Shown here piece by piece: positions 33,377 through 50,914 of a stretch of DNA of 64,000 nt. The notes beneath the pieces are model-generated. The model was not told the origin of the DNA and made no database searches. It saw nothing but the letters and a program-made list of their open reading frames with translations. Location: contig CAWDLS010000001.1 of the NCBI GenBank assembly GCA_963803275.1, positions 17,487 to 81,486 on the forward strand, written 5' to 3'. Within the stretch, counting starts at the first letter, position 1. Every line of letters begins with the position of its first letter. The translations under genes were made by a program, and so were the position numbers. The DNA comes from an uncultured Gammaproteobacteria bacterium (GTDB taxonomy: Bacteria; Pseudomonadota; Gammaproteobacteria; UBA9214).

Positions 33377-35093
33377 ATGGCCACGCCCAATCCGATAGTC
33401 AATCTCAGTGGACTTGCGCGCCGGCTGGTCATGGACGGTCTCATCGATGAATCCGAGGCCACCAAGGCCCACGAGATGGCGCTCAAGAAGCGCACGCATT
33501 TCGTCAGTTACCTGGTTGATAACAAGATCCTGACGAGCCAGGACATCGCCTGGTCAGGCGCACAGGAATTCGGCGTCCCGCTGTTTGACATCGAAGCGAT
33601 GGACATGGAGTTATTACCTATCAGACTGGTCAGCGAAAAGCTGATCAAGCAGCACAATGCCCTGCCGCTGTTCAAACACGCCAACCGGCTTTATGTCGCC
33701 GTATCCGACCCGACCAATCTCGGCGCCATCGATGAATTCAAGTTCCACACCGGTGTCAACACGGAAGCCGTACTGGTCGACGAGAACAAGCTGCGCAAGG
33801 CGATCGACGTCGCCCTGGAATCCATGGACACCACCATGTCCGAGCTCATGGATGCCGATCTCGACAACCTGGATATCGGCTCCGGCGATGATGAAAACAG
33901 GGATGGCGACGTCTCGGAATCCGACATCGACGACACGCCGGTTGTGCGATTCGTCAACAAGGTCCTGCTCGACGCCATCAACACGCGGCGCATCGGACAT
34001 CCATCTCGAGCCTTACGAGAAGGAGTTCCGCGTCCGCTTCCGCAATGACGGCGTGCTCCACGAGATCGCCTCGCCGCCCGTTCACCTGGCGTGCGCATCA
34101 CTGCGCGTCTCAAGGTCATGAGCCGCATGAACATCGCCGAACGTCGCGTGCCGCAGGACGGCCGCATCAAGATGAGCCTGTCCAAGAACCGGGCCATCGA
34201 TTTCCGTGTCAACACCTGCCCGACCCTGTACGGCGAGAAGGTCGTGCTGCGTATCCTGGATCAGCAGCGCGCCCAGCTCGGTGTCGACGCCCTGGGCTTC
34301 GAAGACGGACCAGAAAGAACTGTTCCTCAATGCCATCAACAGCCCTATGGCATGGTACTGGTAACCGGCCCGACCGGTAGCGGCAAGACGGTATCGCTTT
34401 ATACCTGCCTGAATATGCTGAACAAGCCGGACGCAATATCTCCACTGCCGAGGACCCGGTCGAGATCAACGTGGCGGCATCAACCAGGTCAATGTCAACC
34501 CAAGGCGGGACTGACCTTCGCCGACGCTCTGCGCGCCTTCCTGCGCCAGGACCCGGACATCATCATGGTGGGCGAGATCCGCGACCTGGAGACCGCGGAA
34601 ATTGCCATCAAGGCGGCGCAGACCGGCCACATGGTGCTGTCCACCCTGCACACCAACGATGCCCCGCAAACCCTGACCCGGCTGGTCAAACATGGGCGTG
34701 CCACCCTATAACATCGCCTCCGCCGTTCACCTGATCATGGCCCAGCGCTTGCGCGGCGCCTGTGCAATAATTGCAAGAAGGAACGTCGATATCCCGAAGA
34801 AGGCGCTGGTCAAGGCCGGCTTCACGGTGAAGAGAGTGAGGCGGACTGAAAATCTATGGCCCGAGTCGGCTGCGACAATTGCACGGGCGGCTACAAGGGC
34901 GGGTGGGTATTTATCAGGTCATGCCGGTATCGGAGGACGATGGGCCGTATCATCATGGAAGGCGGCAACTCGATGCAGATCGCGGAGCAGGCGACGCCAG
35001 GAAGGCGTCGCCGATCTCGCGGGCATCGGGCCTGAGAAAGGTCGGGCAGGGGTCACCAGCCTGGAAGAAGTCGATCGCGTCACGAAGGAGTAA
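33377..35093 (+). CDS. pilB: Type IV pilus extension ATPase PilB (frameshifted)
   Basis: [79 protein letters not shown]. Confidence 0.95.
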
Positions 35094-35098
35094 GCATC

Positions 35099-36332
35099 AT
35101 GGCGGAACAAAGCGACTCAAGCAGTCCCTTATCTGTGGAGGGTCTGGACCGGCACGGCAAGCGCGGATCAAGGGCGAGACATGCCGGCGGATCGAACCCG
35201 TCACTCATTAAGGCCGACCTGCGAGCCAGGGCATCAAGCCGCTCAAGGTCAAGAAACAGAGCACGCTGTTCCGGCAGCCGAAAGAAGAAGATCATCACCG
35301 CAAAGGACATCGCCGATTTTCTTCCGCCAGCTGGCCACCATGATGACCGCGGGGGTGCCGCTGGTGCAGGCGTTCGACATCATCGGCCGCGGCCATGACA
35401 ACGCCGAGCATGCAGGAGCTGATCCTCGAAGATCAAGGCGACGTGGAATCCGGCACCAGTCTGTCGCGAGGCTCTGCGCAAGCATCCGTTCTATTTCGAT
35501 GACCTGTTGTCAACCTGGTCAATGCCGGCGAGCAGGCGGGCGTACTCGAGGCGCTGCTGGATAAGATCGCCACCTACAAGGAGAAGACCGAGTCATAAAA
35601 GCCAAGATCAAGAAGGCCATGTTCTATCCGACCGCCGTGATCGTCGTGGCATTCATCGTCACAGCGATCCTGCTGATCTTCGTCGTACCGCAGTTCGAAG
35701 CAGCTGTTCACGAGTTTCGGCGCGGACCTGCCGGCCTTCACCCGCTGGTCGTCAATCTGTCCGAATTCATGCAAGCTGGTGGTGGGCGATCTTCGGCGTG
35801 CTGGTCGGCGCGGTCATCGGCTTTTTCAGACCAAGAAACGCTCGCGCAAGATTCGCCGCACGTCCTGGACGGGCTGTTCCTCAAGCATCCCGATCATCGG
35901 CGCCGATCATGCACAAGGCCGCGATGGCCCGCTATGCGCGCACCCTGTCCACCATGTTCGCCGCCGGCGTACCCCTGGTCGAGGCACTGGAATCCGTGGC
36001 CGGCGCTACCGGTAATATCGTCTACTCGGATGCGGTGCTGCTCATGCGCGACCAGCGTGGCCACCGGCCAGCAGCTGCAGTTCGCCATGCAGCCAGACCG
36101 GCCTGTTTCCCAACATGGTCGATGCAGATGGTGGCCATCGGCGAGGAATCCGGCGCACTGGACAGCCATGCTGGGCAAAGTGGCGGATTTCTATGAGCAG
36201 GAGGTGGACGACGCGGTGGACGCGCTGAGCAGCCTGCTGGAGCCGATCATCATGGCCATCCTGGGCGTCCTGATCGGCGGTCTCGTCGTCGCCATGTACC
36301 TGCCTATCTTCAAGATGGGTGCCGCGATCTGA
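35099..36332 (+). CDS. pilC: Type IV pilus platform protein PilC (frameshifted)
   Basis: RQLATMMTAGVPLVQAFDI, RTLSTMFAAGVPLVEAL, MVAIGEESGALD, LSSLLEPIIM, AMYLPIFKMG. Confidence 0.94.
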
Positions 36333-36379
36333 TCGCAGCAAACACTGCAACGCAGCTGCCGGACAGGCTGCCTTAGCCC

Positions 36380-37243
36380 ATGGAACTCCTGCGCCTGTTT
36401 GAGGAATCGGTGGTCCTCTTCGGCATCGCCGGCGGCGTCCTGGGCCTGCTGGTGGGCAGCTTCCTGAACGTGGTGATATACCGGCTGCCGATCATGATCA
36501 ACAGGGCGTGGTCGCTGGAATGCAGGGAATTGCTGGATAATTCCGCTGTCGATGCCGGCGAACAGAAGACCTTCAACCTGGTGATACCACCATCCAGCTG
36601 CCCGCACTGCCAGCGCCCCATTCGCGCAGTAGAAAATATACCGGTACTGAGCTACCTGATTCTCAAGGGTCGCTGCGCCGGCTGCGGCATGGCAATCCCG
36701 CGACGTTATCCGGCAATCGAACTGGTAACAGCCCTGTTGTCGATCGTCGTGACCGTGCACTTCGGTTTCGGTATCGAGGCGCTGGCAGCCCTGGTATTCA
36801 CCTGGGCACTCATCCCCCTGTTCATGATTGACTTCGATCACCAGATCCTGCCCGACTCGATCACCCTGCCACTGTTGTGGGCCGGTCTGCTGTTGAGTCT
36901 GTTTGATGTATTCGTGGACAGCCCAACAAGTATCATCGGGGCAGCGGCCGGTTATCTTTCATTGTGGTCCATCTACCACCTTTTCAAGCTGGCCACGGGC
37001 AAGGAAGGCATGGGCTTTGGTGACTTCAAGCTGCTCGGCGCAATCGGCGCCTGGGTGGGCTGGCAGTTGCTGCCGGTCGTCATCCTGTTTTCTTCGGTGG
37101 TTGGTGCCGCACTCGGCATCGGACTCATCCTGCTCAAGGGTCGTGACCATAATCAGCCTATGCCGTTCGGGCCGTTTCTCGCGGCGGCGGGCTGGTTGAC
37201 ACTCCTGTGGGGACAAGACATCATCAGTGTTTATTTGCACTGA
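36380..37243 (+). CDS. pilD: Prepilin peptidase/N-methyltransferase PilD
   Basis: GSFLNVVIYRLP, CPHC...CAGC, IDFDHQILPD, GMGFGDFKL, PFGPFLA. Confidence 0.96.
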   Translation: MELLRLFEESVVLFGIAGGVLGLLVGSFLNVVIYRLPIMINRAWSLECRELLDNSAVDAGEQKTFNLVIPPSSCPHCQRPIRAVENIPVLSYLILKGRCAGCGMAIPRRYPAIELVTALLSIVVTVHFGFGIEALAALVFTWALIPLFMIDFDHQILPDSITLPLLWAGLLLSLFDVFVDSPTSIIGAAAGYLSLWSIYHLFKLATGKEGMGFGDFKLLGAIGAWVGWQLLPVVILFSSVVGAALGIGLILLKGRDHNQPMPFGPFLAAAGWLTLLWGQDIISVYLH

Positions 37244-37250
37244 TCCGTAT

Positions 37251-37901
37251 GTGACCGTCCCGGACACTCATCCGCAAACACACGACAACACCGGCAGGAA
37301 AACGCTTGTCATCGGCCTGACCGGCGGCATTGGCAGCGGGAAATCCACGGTTGCCGCTGAGTTCGGCAAGCTCGGCGTCCCGGTGATCGATACCGACCAG
37401 TTGGCCCGTGAACTGGTTGCGCCCGGTCGACCGGCACTGGGCGAGATCGTCGCTCATTTCGGTCCGCATGCCCTGCGTGGTAACGGCGAGCTCGACCGTG
37501 ACTACTTGCGTGCGCGAATTTTTTCCGATTCTTCAGATAAACAGGCGCTTGAAGCGATTCTTCATCCCAGGATCAGGCAATGCGTCCGTGAGCGGCTGGC
37601 CACAATCACGGGTCCATACTGTATAGTCGTGATACCCCTGCTGCTGGAGACACGACAAACCGACCTGATCGACCGGATCCTGGTGATTGATGCGCCGGAA
37701 AAAGAACAGCTCAAACGGGTTGCCGCACGCGATGGGCTGTCACACAATGTAGTAGCCGGGATAATGGCAGCGCAAGCAGATCGGGAAACGCGCCTGTCCG
37801 CTGCTGACGATATCATCGTCAATGATGCCGACATGGACTCCCTCGTCGGAAGGATACGGGAATTACATATGTACTTCATGGACATATCGCATGAGCACTA
37901 G
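37251..37901 (+). CDS. coaE: Dephospho-CoA kinase
   Basis: IGLTGGIGSGKST, LEAILHPRI, IPLLLE; after pilD. Confidence 0.95.
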   Translation: MTVPDTHPQTHDNTGRKTLVIGLTGGIGSGKSTVAAEFGKLGVPVIDTDQLARELVAPGRPALGEIVAHFGPHALRGNGELDRDYLRARIFSDSSDKQALEAILHPRIRQCVRERLATITGPYCIVVIPLLLETRQTDLIDRILVIDAPEKEQLKRVAARDGLSHNVVAGIMAAQADRETRLSAADDIIVNDADMDSLVGRIRELHMYFMDISHEH

Positions 37902-38760
37902 CTCCAACAAGCAATTTGTCAACCACGGCAGCGCGAGTGACGGCAACGCTTCCGGGTCTGGCGCATCCCGGCAGCCGGCTGCAGCACCGGTCGCCGGCAG
38001 GATAGTCTACGAACAACCGCTGAACGAGCGCACCCGAACATTCATGCGGCTCGAATACCTGTTCCGGCAAGCCAGCCATCATCTCGACCACAATTCTGCG
38101 TGGGACAGCCGTGCAACGCTCAACTGCATCCTCGAGATCGTGGATATCTTTGGTAATACCAACCTCAAGTCCGAGGTCATCAAGGAACTGGAGCGGCATT
38201 CAGCCAACCTGAAGCGACTGGGACAGAACCCGGCAGTCGACCATGACCAGCTGGCTCTGCTGCTGGACAAAATCAACAGTCATATCGACAGCATGCATGA
38301 GATCAATGGCCAGATTGCCAGTGAACTGAAGAGTAGCGAGTTCCTGTCCAGTATTCGTCAACGCAACGCGATACCGGGGGGAACCTGTGACTTCGATTTG
38401 CCGGCATTTCATTACTGGTTGCAACAGCCTGCCCCGATGCGCACCCGGGACCTGGTGCGCTGGCTCGGTAATTTCGATGCCATCGGGCAGTCCATCCAGC
38501 TGATCCTGTCGATGACGCGTGACAGCACACCACTGCAACCGGTACAGGCGAAGAACGGCCTGTATCAACGCACGCTGGATCCGAACCTGCCTTGCCAGCT
38601 GGTCAGAATCGCGCTGCCGGCCGGTGTGCCGTACTTTGCCGAACTCAGCGGCGGACGACACCGCTTCACGGCACGGTTCCTGCATTTCTCCGCCGCAGAG
38701 GAACGTGCCAGGCAGACAGATCAGGACATCGACTTCGAACTTGCCTGTTGCGTGATCTAG
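37891..38760 (+). CDS. zapD: Cell division protein ZapD
   Basis: [34 protein letters not shown]. Confidence 0.94.
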   Translation: MSTSSNKQFVNHGSASDGNASGSGASRQPAAAPVAGRIVYEQPLNERTRTFMRLEYLFRQASHHLDHNSAWDSRATLNCILEIVDIFGNTNLKSEVIKELERHSANLKRLGQNPAVDHDQLALLLDKINSHIDSMHEINGQIASELKSSEFLSSIRQRNAIPGGTCDFDLPAFHYWLQQPAPMRTRDLVRWLGNFDAIGQSIQLILSMTRDSTPLQPVQAKNGLYQRTLDPNLPCQLVRIALPAGVPYFAELSGGRHRFTARFLHFSAAEERARQTDQDIDFELACCVI

Positions 38761-38770
38761 AAACCGGTTC

Positions 38771-38974
38771 ATGAGTAACGACCGACCCCGCCCCGGAACC
38801 GTTAACTGCCCGACTTGCGCTGCCATTGTAGAATGGAGCACGGCTCAGATCTGGCGGCCGTTCTGTTCGGAACGCTGCCGGTTGATCGACCTGGGCAGCT
38901 GGCTAGACGAGAGCCATCGCATCCCGGCAGAGGAAACCGCGTCGCCGTCCAGCGATGAGACCGCTACGCACTGA
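38771..38974 (+). CDS. yacG: DNA gyrase inhibitor YacG
   Basis: CPTC...[16 protein letters not shown]. Confidence 0.93.
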   Translation: MSNDRPRPGTVNCPTCAAIVEWSTAQIWRPFCSERCRLIDLGSWLDESHRIPAEETASPSSDETATH

Positions 38975-38983
38975 ACTTGCCCG

Positions 38984-40195
38984 TCAGCTACGATATTCCG
39001 CGTTGATCCTCACGTAGTCGTAGGAGAGGTCACAGGTCCAGATCCGTTCGCGACTCTTTCCGCGACCCAGTACCACACGGATCCCGAATTCGCTGCGCGC
39101 CAGCACGCGCTCACCATCCGCCTCCATGTAATCGGCGGCTCGCCCGCCAGCGCGCACGATGCAGACATCGTCGAGGTAAATCTCCACCCCCGCGATATCC
39201 AGGTTTCCGATACCGGCACGACCGACCGCGGCCAGGATGCGGCCCCAGTTCGGATCGCCCGCAAACAGGGCCGTCTTGACAAGCGGCGAATGGGCAATTG
39301 TGTAGGCAACACGCAAACACTCATCGCTGTCAGTGCCCTGCTCGACGGTTATCGTCACGAAGCGTGTCGCGCCCTCGCCATCGCGCACGATCGCCTGTGC
39401 CAGATCGATGCAAACCGTGTCGATCGCCGCGCCAAGTACTGCAAGGCTTGCATCGTCGCCGGTTATCAGGGGCGCGGTCGATTGACCGGTAGCGACCAGT
39501 ACACAGGCATCGTTGGTGGAGGTGTCGCCATCGACGGTTATGCGGTTGAACGACCTGTGCACAGCACCCGACAGACAGCGCTGCAATACGGCGGCGTCTA
39601 CCTTTGCGTCGGTCGCGATGAAGGCCAGCATGGTCGCCATATCCGGGCGAATCATGCCGGAGCCCTTGGCAATACCGGTGACAGTCACCGTGTGTCCGTC
39701 CAGTTCGATGCGCCTGGAAGATCCTTTCGGCACGGTATCGGTCGTCAGTATCCCGGTGGCGGCCGACGCCCACCCGTCTTCCGATAGCTGCGCAAAGGCG
39801 TCCGGGAGGCCGGCGATCAATCTGTCAACCGGCAGCGGCTCGCCGATCACGCCGGTTGAAAACGGCACCACCGCTTCGGGTACGACACTCGCCAGGCCGG
39901 CCGCGGCAACACAGCATCTTCGGGCATCATCCAGCCCTCTGGCACCGGTACCCGCGTTAGCATTGCCGGTATTGACGATAAAACAGGACGGTGGTGCCAT
40001 GCCGAGATGTTCGCGCGCGATGATCACGGGCGCCGCACAGAACTCGTTACGGGTGAACACGGCGGCACATGCCGATCCTTCTGCAAGGACCATGACAACC
40101 AGGTCCGGGCGACCGGGTTTCCTGATGCCGGCGCTGGCGGTGCCCAGCCGGAATCCCGCTACCGGGTGAAGTACAGTCGTTGATTCTTGTTTCAT
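38984..40195 (-). CDS. argJ: Bifunctional ornithine acetyltransferase ArgJ
   Basis: [52 protein letters not shown]. Confidence 0.96.
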   Translation of the reverse strand: MKQESTTVLHPVAGFRLGTASAGIRKPGRPDLVVMVLAEGSACAAVFTRNEFCAAPVIIAREHLGMAPPSCFIVNTGNANAGTGARGLDDARRCCVAAAGLASVVPEAVVPFSTGVIGEPLPVDRLIAGLPDAFAQLSEDGWASAATGILTTDTVPKGSSRRIELDGHTVTVTGIAKGSGMIRPDMATMLAFIATDAKVDAAVLQRCLSGAVHRSFNRITVDGDTSTNDACVLVATGQSTAPLITGDDASLAVLGAAIDTVCIDLAQAIVRDGEGATRFVTITVEQGTDSDECLRVAYTIAHSPLVKTALFAGDPNWGRILAAVGRAGIGNLDIAGVEIYLDDVCIVRAGGRAADYMEADGERVLARSEFGIRVVLGRGKSRERIWTCDLSYDYVRINAEYRS

Positions 40196-40369
40196 GGTAT
40201 CCCGACCCGAAATAAACCGGCTCGAAAAGGCCGCGATGGATTCCGGCAGGTGAGCGGCACGGAGGACAGCGTGCAGACCGGTCGTCTGTATCAACCGGCT
40301 TGCGACACTCCGGGTGTCCCGACTGCCGGGTTCAGTGCCTGGCCTGCGCCTTCGCGCCACGCACCGACG

Positions 40370-43072
<2,703 letters not shown>

Positions 43073-43208
43073 GAATTTCAGGAAACGGGGTAGCGCCGAT
43101 AAGACGTGAATCATACCGCATGTGCCCGCAGATTAGCAGGTAGCAGGGGAAAAACAGACAGGGTCGTATCGGGTATGTACCGGTGGCTACGCGACCGCAG
43201 GATCGAGG

Positions 43209-44114
43209 CTATTCGCCGAGATATTTTGCCGGGTTGACCGCCTTGCCGTTGTGCAGCACTTCGAAGTGGACGTGTGGACCGGTAGAGCGTCCGGTGGATC
43301 CCATCAGTGCCAGCTGCTGGCCTTTCCTGACGGTGTCGCCCACCTTCACCAGGTTGCGTTCGTTATGTCCATAGCGCGTGACATAACCATTTCCGTGCGT
43401 GACCTCGACCAGGTTCCCGTAACCCGAGCGCTTGCCGGACCAGCTGACCACGCCATCACCGACAGCCACGACCTCCGCGCCCTTTTTACCGGCGAAATCA
43501 AGACCCTTGTGATATTCCTGCTTGCCTGTGAACGGATCATTGCGCTTGCCAAAGCGCGAGGACAGCCAGCCTTCCTCGACCGGCCGGCCCGCCGGCATCA
43601 CGCGTTCGCTGAGGCTGCGGCTCGTCAGCAGGGATTCAAGCACCGACAGCTTCTGTTCACGGTCATTCATCTCGGAGTCCAGGCTGTCCAGCATCGTAAG
43701 AATGTCGTTGAATCCGACCGAGCTGCCATCGGTATTGCCTTCCGGGCCACCCACGGCCGGCACCGAATCGAAGTCAAATTCGGCCTTGTCCAGATCACCC
43801 TGGCTGACCAGCCGCTCGCCAAGCGCGTTGAGTCGCAGCATCTGGCCCTGCAACTGGCCGATGCGCAGCGTCAGCGCATCGAGGTCGGTTCGTGCCGTGT
43901 TACGCAGTTCCTTGATATCGATGTGCTGGTCATGTACTTCATCACGCCACTCTGCCACGTACTCGAGGCCGTCTTTACCGATGCTCAGTCCGGTGTAGAA
44001 GGCAGCCGTCACGGTCGCCAGCAGCACTGTAAACGTCACCGCGGCAACAAGTCCCGGTCTGAACTCGAAATTCCAGACCTGTCCCCGGCGGTTTGTAAAC
44101 AGTATGATGTTCAT
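43209..44114 (-). CDS. M23-family peptidase
   Basis: TM plus coiled coil; HKGLD, TRYGH, STGPHVHFEV. Confidence 0.92.
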   Translation of the reverse strand: MNIILFTNRRGQVWNFEFRPGLVAAVTFTVLLATVTAAFYTGLSIGKDGLEYVAEWRDEVHDQHIDIKELRNTARTDLDALTLRIGQLQGQMLRLNALGERLVSQGDLDKAEFDFDSVPAVGGPEGNTDGSSVGFNDILTMLDSLDSEMNDREQKLSVLESLLTSRSLSERVMPAGRPVEEGWLSSRFGKRNDPFTGKQEYHKGLDFAGKKGAEVVAVGDGVVSWSGKRSGYGNLVEVTHGNGYVTRYGHNERNLVKVGDTVRKGQQLALMGSTGRSTGPHVHFEVLHNGKAVNPAKYLGE

Positions 44115-44138
44115 GATTGATTCCACGACTAGATATCC

Positions 44139-44462
44139 ATGAATAAGCCTTTGAAAATAAATAAAATAATTGGTGCTGGCGCACAATCCGGACTGTTAGC
44201 CCAGGCCCGGCTGCTGATGGCGCTGGAGTTACAGTTACGGCGTGTACTGCCCGTGCCACTGCAGGACCATTGCCGTCTGCTTGCCATCAACGGTCGGACC
44301 CTGGTGCTCGCAGCAGACTCCCCGGCCTGGGCAGTCAGGCTACGATTCCATACATATCAGTTAGTTAAGCAACTTACACTGCCACGAACAATGAAGTTGC
44401 GGGCTATTCGCATCCGGGTGCGTCCGACCGAAAATACGGCCCTGTCCACGCGCCAGTCGTAA
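44139..44462 (+). CDS. DUF721/DciA-family protein (C-terminus may continue in another frame)
   Basis: LVLAADSPAWAVRLRF motif; position between the M23 gene and lpxC. Confidence 0.78.
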   Translation: MNKPLKINKIIGAGAQSGLLAQARLLMALELQLRRVLPVPLQDHCRLLAINGRTLVLAADSPAWAVRLRFHTYQLVKQLTLPRTMKLRAIRIRVRPTENTALSTRQS

Positions 44463-44618
44463 TTCCACCCCGATGGCAGCTGATGTGGACGGCCCCTCGA
44501 CAAGTCTCCCAGTATGTATCGGATCCTGGAGTGAAAACTGCAGTGTTAAAACTGACCAACCAGTCAGACAGCACCTGGAAACAGGGGTTCAGCGGGACTG
44601 GCGGGGAAGAGAATCAGC

Positions 44619-45530
44619 TCAGCTGGCGGGTACCGGTTGCAGAAACGAGATCGGCGCCTCGCTCACGTCTTCGAAAATCACCTCTTCCCAGGCCGATTCA
44701 TCGGCCACCAGTGCACGCAGCAACTTGTTGTTGAGTGCATGCCCTGACTTGAAGCCCTTGAAGGCGCCAATCAGGCTGTGGCCGAGCAGGTAGAGGTCAC
44801 CAATCGCATCCAGAATCTTGTGCTTTACAAATTCGTCGCGGTAACGCAGTCCGTCTTCATTCAGCACCCGGTAATCATCCAGCACTACGGCGTTGTCGAG
44901 GCTGCCACCCAGTGCCAGCTTCCGCTCGCGCAGCTGCTCGATATCGTGTATGAAGCCGAAGGTACGCGCACGGCTGACCTCTTTCACAAACGAGGTGGTG
45001 GAGAAATCGATCTCGGAGTGCTGCGTATTGGACTTGAAGACCGGATGATCAAATTCTATGGTAAAGCCGACCTTGAAACCGTCAAAGGGCTCGAAGCGGG
45101 CAATCTTGTCACCATCTTCGACCTGCACCGGGTGCTTGATGCGGATAAACCGTTTCGGTGCGTCCTGTTCCTCGATACCGGCCGACTGGATCAGGAATAC
45201 GAACGGTCCGGCGCTGCCGTCCATGATCGGTACCTCGGCGGCGCTGAGGTCGATGTACGCGTTGTCGATCCCCAGACCGGCCATTGCCGACAGCAGGTGT
45301 TCGACCGTGGATATCCGTACGCCGTTACTGACCAGCGTCGTGGACAGACGTGTATCACCCACGTTCTCGGACCGTGCAGGAATCTGCACGATCTGTTCCA
45401 GGTCGACGCGACAGAACACGATACCGGTGTCTGCCGGTGCCGGTCTCAACGTGAGGTAGATTTTCTCGCCAGTGTGCAGACCCACGCCAGTCGCGCGAAT
45501 CACATTCTTGAGAGTACGTTGTCGAATCAT
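44619..45530 (-). CDS. lpxC: UDP-3-O-acyl-GlcNAc deacetylase
   Basis: [31 protein letters not shown]. Confidence 0.97.
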   Translation of the reverse strand: MIRQRTLKNVIRATGVGLHTGEKIYLTLRPAPADTGIVFCRVDLEQIVQIPARSENVGDTRLSTTLVSNGVRISTVEHLLSAMAGLGIDNAYIDLSAAEVPIMDGSAGPFVFLIQSAGIEEQDAPKRFIRIKHPVQVEDGDKIARFEPFDGFKVGFTIEFDHPVFKSNTQHSEIDFSTTSFVKEVSRARTFGFIHDIEQLRERKLALGGSLDNAVVLDDYRVLNEDGLRYRDEFVKHKILDAIGDLYLLGHSLIGAFKGFKSGHALNNKLLRALVADESAWEEVIFEDVSEAPISFLQPVPAS

Positions 45531-45761
45531 GGCTTTGCATTTCCTCTAAAAAATGAGCCGAGTTCTCAGACAAGTACCAGAAAGCCGCTCGCATATTAGC
45601 ACATGCTCATTAACCTGCCTAGAATAAGGTCACATTCTGATGGCCTGACACTATATAAGTTCACTATCAATGAAATTGATCCATGCATCAGTCTGATATA
45701 TAGAGCTGCCATGACGCGCCGTATCCCGGGCACAGTGGCCCGGGACCCGCACCCACACGCG

Positions 45762-46925
45762 CTAGTCGGCTTGCCGGCGCAAAAAGGCCGGGATGTCAAG
45801 ATAGTCCATGTCCTCGGCTGAATTCCCGCCGAGTGCATGGGTACGCTGCGCCGCATTTCTCCGTTTCACGGTCGGTATGTCGTAGTTCTCGGGTTCCTTG
45901 CTTTCACCCTCATCCCGGTTGATCGCCTTCAAATGCAGTCCCTGCGGCTTTTCGGCGGATTTCTTCGGTTGCATGCCGAGGCCTGTCGCGACCACGGTCA
46001 CACGCAGCTCGTCGCGCATGTCAGGATCGATGACGGTACCGACCACCACGGTGGCGTTCTCGGAGGCGAACTGCTTGACTGTGTTACCGACCTCCTCGAA
46101 CTCGCCAATGCCCAGATCCAGTCCGGCGGTAACGTTGACCAGGATGCCGTTGGCCCCCATCAGGTCGATGTCCTCGAGCAGCGGACTGGCCACGGCGGCC
46201 TCGGCGGCCTCGCGTGCGCGATCGTCGCCCTTGGCGGTGCCGGAGCCCATCATGGCCATGCCCATCTCGGACATCACCGTGCGTACGTCTGCGAAGTCGA
46301 CGTTAATCAGGCCCGGGCGGGTAATCAGTTCGGCAATACCCTGCACCGCGCCCAGCAACACGTCATTGGCGGACTTGAAGGCGGCGAGCAGGCTGATCTG
46401 CTTGCCGAGTACCAACTGCAGCTTCTCGTTCGGGATCGTGATCAGTGAATCGCAATACTGGCTCAGCTCCTTGATGCCGTTATGTGCGACATGCAGGCGC
46501 CGGCTGCCTTCAAAGGTAAACGGCTTGGTCACTACCGCGACGGTCAGGATACCCATTTCCTTGGCAATCTGCGCGACCACTGGCGCCGCGCCAGTCCCGG
46601 TCCCACCGCCCATGCCGGCGGTGATAAACAGCATATCGGCGCCCTCGATAACCTCGGCGATACGGTCGCGGTCTTCCAGCGCGGCCTGACGACCGACATC
46701 CGGATTGGCTCCGGCACCGAGCCCCTTGGTGATGGAACCGCCGATCTGTAACGTGGTGCGCGCCGACATGTTCTGCAATGCCTGCGCATCGGTGTTGGCA
46801 CAGATGAACTCCACACCGTCGATATTGGCATCGACCATATGCTGCACGGCGTTGCCGCCGCCACCTCCGACGCCGATCACCTTGATAATTGCACTTTGCC
46901 CGCATGAATCCAGTAATTCAAACAT
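45762..46925 (-). CDS. ftsZ: Cell division protein FtsZ
   Basis: GVGGGGGNA, GMGGGTGTG, INVDFADV, C-terminal DYLDIPAFLRRQAD. Confidence 0.98.
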   Translation of the reverse strand: MFELLDSCGQSAIIKVIGVGGGGGNAVQHMVDANIDGVEFICANTDAQALQNMSARTTLQIGGSITKGLGAGANPDVGRQAALEDRDRIAEVIEGADMLFITAGMGGGTGTGAAPVVAQIAKEMGILTVAVVTKPFTFEGSRRLHVAHNGIKELSQYCDSLITIPNEKLQLVLGKQISLLAAFKSANDVLLGAVQGIAELITRPGLINVDFADVRTVMSEMGMAMMGSGTAKGDDRAREAAEAAVASPLLEDIDLMGANGILVNVTAGLDLGIGEFEEVGNTVKQFASENATVVVGTVIDPDMRDELRVTVVATGLGMQPKKSAEKPQGLHLKAINRDEGESKEPENYDIPTVKRRNAAQRTHALGGNSAEDMDYLDIPAFLRRQAD

Positions 46926-47023
46926 GATGTCTCCTCCTGGCAGAAACAACAAAACAAGCCCTGAAATTGATTAACAATCGTCGTGCCAACCTCTATGAAC
47001 ACGACGGCGGTATTACCCTCGCT

Positions 47024-48259
47024 CTAGAAATTTCCCTGAAACCAGCCCTTCATCCTGTCCAATACCCCGCGTATACCCTTTCCCAAACCGATATCCATGG
47101 ACCGCTGATCACGATTGTTGTGACCGAACAGCAACAACCCGACACCGGTCGCAAATATCGGATTGCGCACCACATCAACGAGACCGGTGACATACTGGGG
47201 AACGCCCAGTCGTACCGGCATGTGAAAGATCTCTTCAGCGAGGTCGACCAGACCCTCGATCTTGGCGCTGCCACCGGTCAGCACGATGCCCGAGGCGACC
47301 AGGTCCTCAAATCCGCTGCGGCGGAGCTCGGTCTGGATCAGCGTAAGCAATTCCTCGTAGCGTGGCTCAACCACCTCGGCCAGTGTGTGGCGCGCCAGTT
47401 GCCGCGGAGGCCGGTCACCGACGCTCGGCACTTCGATGCTTTCATCCGCGCTCGCCATCTGTGCCAGTGCACAGGCGTACTTGATCTTGATCTCCTCGGC
47501 GTGCTGTGTCGGCGTGCGCAGCGCAACGGCGATGTCGTTGGTAACCTGGTCGCCAGCGATCGGGATGACCGCGGTATGACGTATCGCGCCTTCCGTAAAC
47601 ACCGCGATATCGGTAGTGCCGCCGCCGATATCGACGATACAGACACCGAGCTCCTTTTCATCCTCGGTCAGCACCGAGTAACTGGAGGCCAGCTGCTCCA
47701 GAATGATGTCATCGACCTCCAGCCCACAGCGGCGCACGCACTTGATAATGTTTTGTGCAGCACTGACTGCACCGGTCACCATGTGCACCTTGGCCTCCAG
47801 GCGCACGCCCGACATGCCGACCGGTTCACGAATTCCTTCCTGGTTATCGATCACGAAGTCCTGCGGCAGAATATGCAGGATCTTCTGGTCGGCCGGGATC
47901 GCCACGGCGCGCGCCGCATCAATCACGCGTTCGACATCGCCGGGTGTGACCTCCTTGTCACGAATCGCCACGATGCCATGTGAATTCAGGCTGCGAATGT
48001 GACTGCCGGCTATACCGGCATACACCGAGTGAATCTGGCACCCTGCCATGAGTTCCGCTTCTTCCACCGCGCGCTGGATCGAGTGCACCGTGGACTCAAT
48101 GTTGACCACCACACCTTTTTTCAGCCCGCGCGACGGATGCGAGCCAATACCGATAACCTCAAGATCACCGCCCGGCAATACCTCGCCGACAATGGCTACC
48201 ACCTTGGAAGTGCCAATATCCAGACCGACTATCAGATTCTTTTCAGTCTTTTTCGCCAT
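47024..48259 (-). CDS. ftsA: Cell division protein FtsA
   Basis: GLDIGTSKV, VDIGGGTTD, VLTGGSAK, WFQGNF. Confidence 0.97.
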   Translation of the reverse strand: MAKKTEKNLIVGLDIGTSKVVAIVGEVLPGGDLEVIGIGSHPSRGLKKGVVVNIESTVHSIQRAVEEAELMAGCQIHSVYAGIAGSHIRSLNSHGIVAIRDKEVTPGDVERVIDAARAVAIPADQKILHILPQDFVIDNQEGIREPVGMSGVRLEAKVHMVTGAVSAAQNIIKCVRRCGLEVDDIILEQLASSYSVLTEDEKELGVCIVDIGGGTTDIAVFTEGAIRHTAVIPIAGDQVTNDIAVALRTPTQHAEEIKIKYACALAQMASADESIEVPSVGDRPPRQLARHTLAEVVEPRYEELLTLIQTELRRSGFEDLVASGIVLTGGSAKIEGLVDLAEEIFHMPVRLGVPQYVTGLVDVVRNPIFATGVGLLLFGHNNRDQRSMDIGLGKGIRGVLDRMKGWFQGNF

Positions 48260-48276
48260 CCCGTCTCTTTATCCCG

Positions 48277-50907
<2,631 letters not shown>

Positions 50908-50914
50908 TGCGTAA

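Noticed and set aside
33980-36200. pilB and pilC apparently inactivated, implying pilus loss
   Set aside because: Same clustered indel pattern; pilA, pilD and pilSR are intact.
45531-45761. ftsZ-lpxC gap with hairpin TCCCGGGC...GCCCGGGA near 45724-45745
   Set aside because: Consistent with an ordinary ftsZ 3' hairpin plus lpxC promoter; nothing further supportable.
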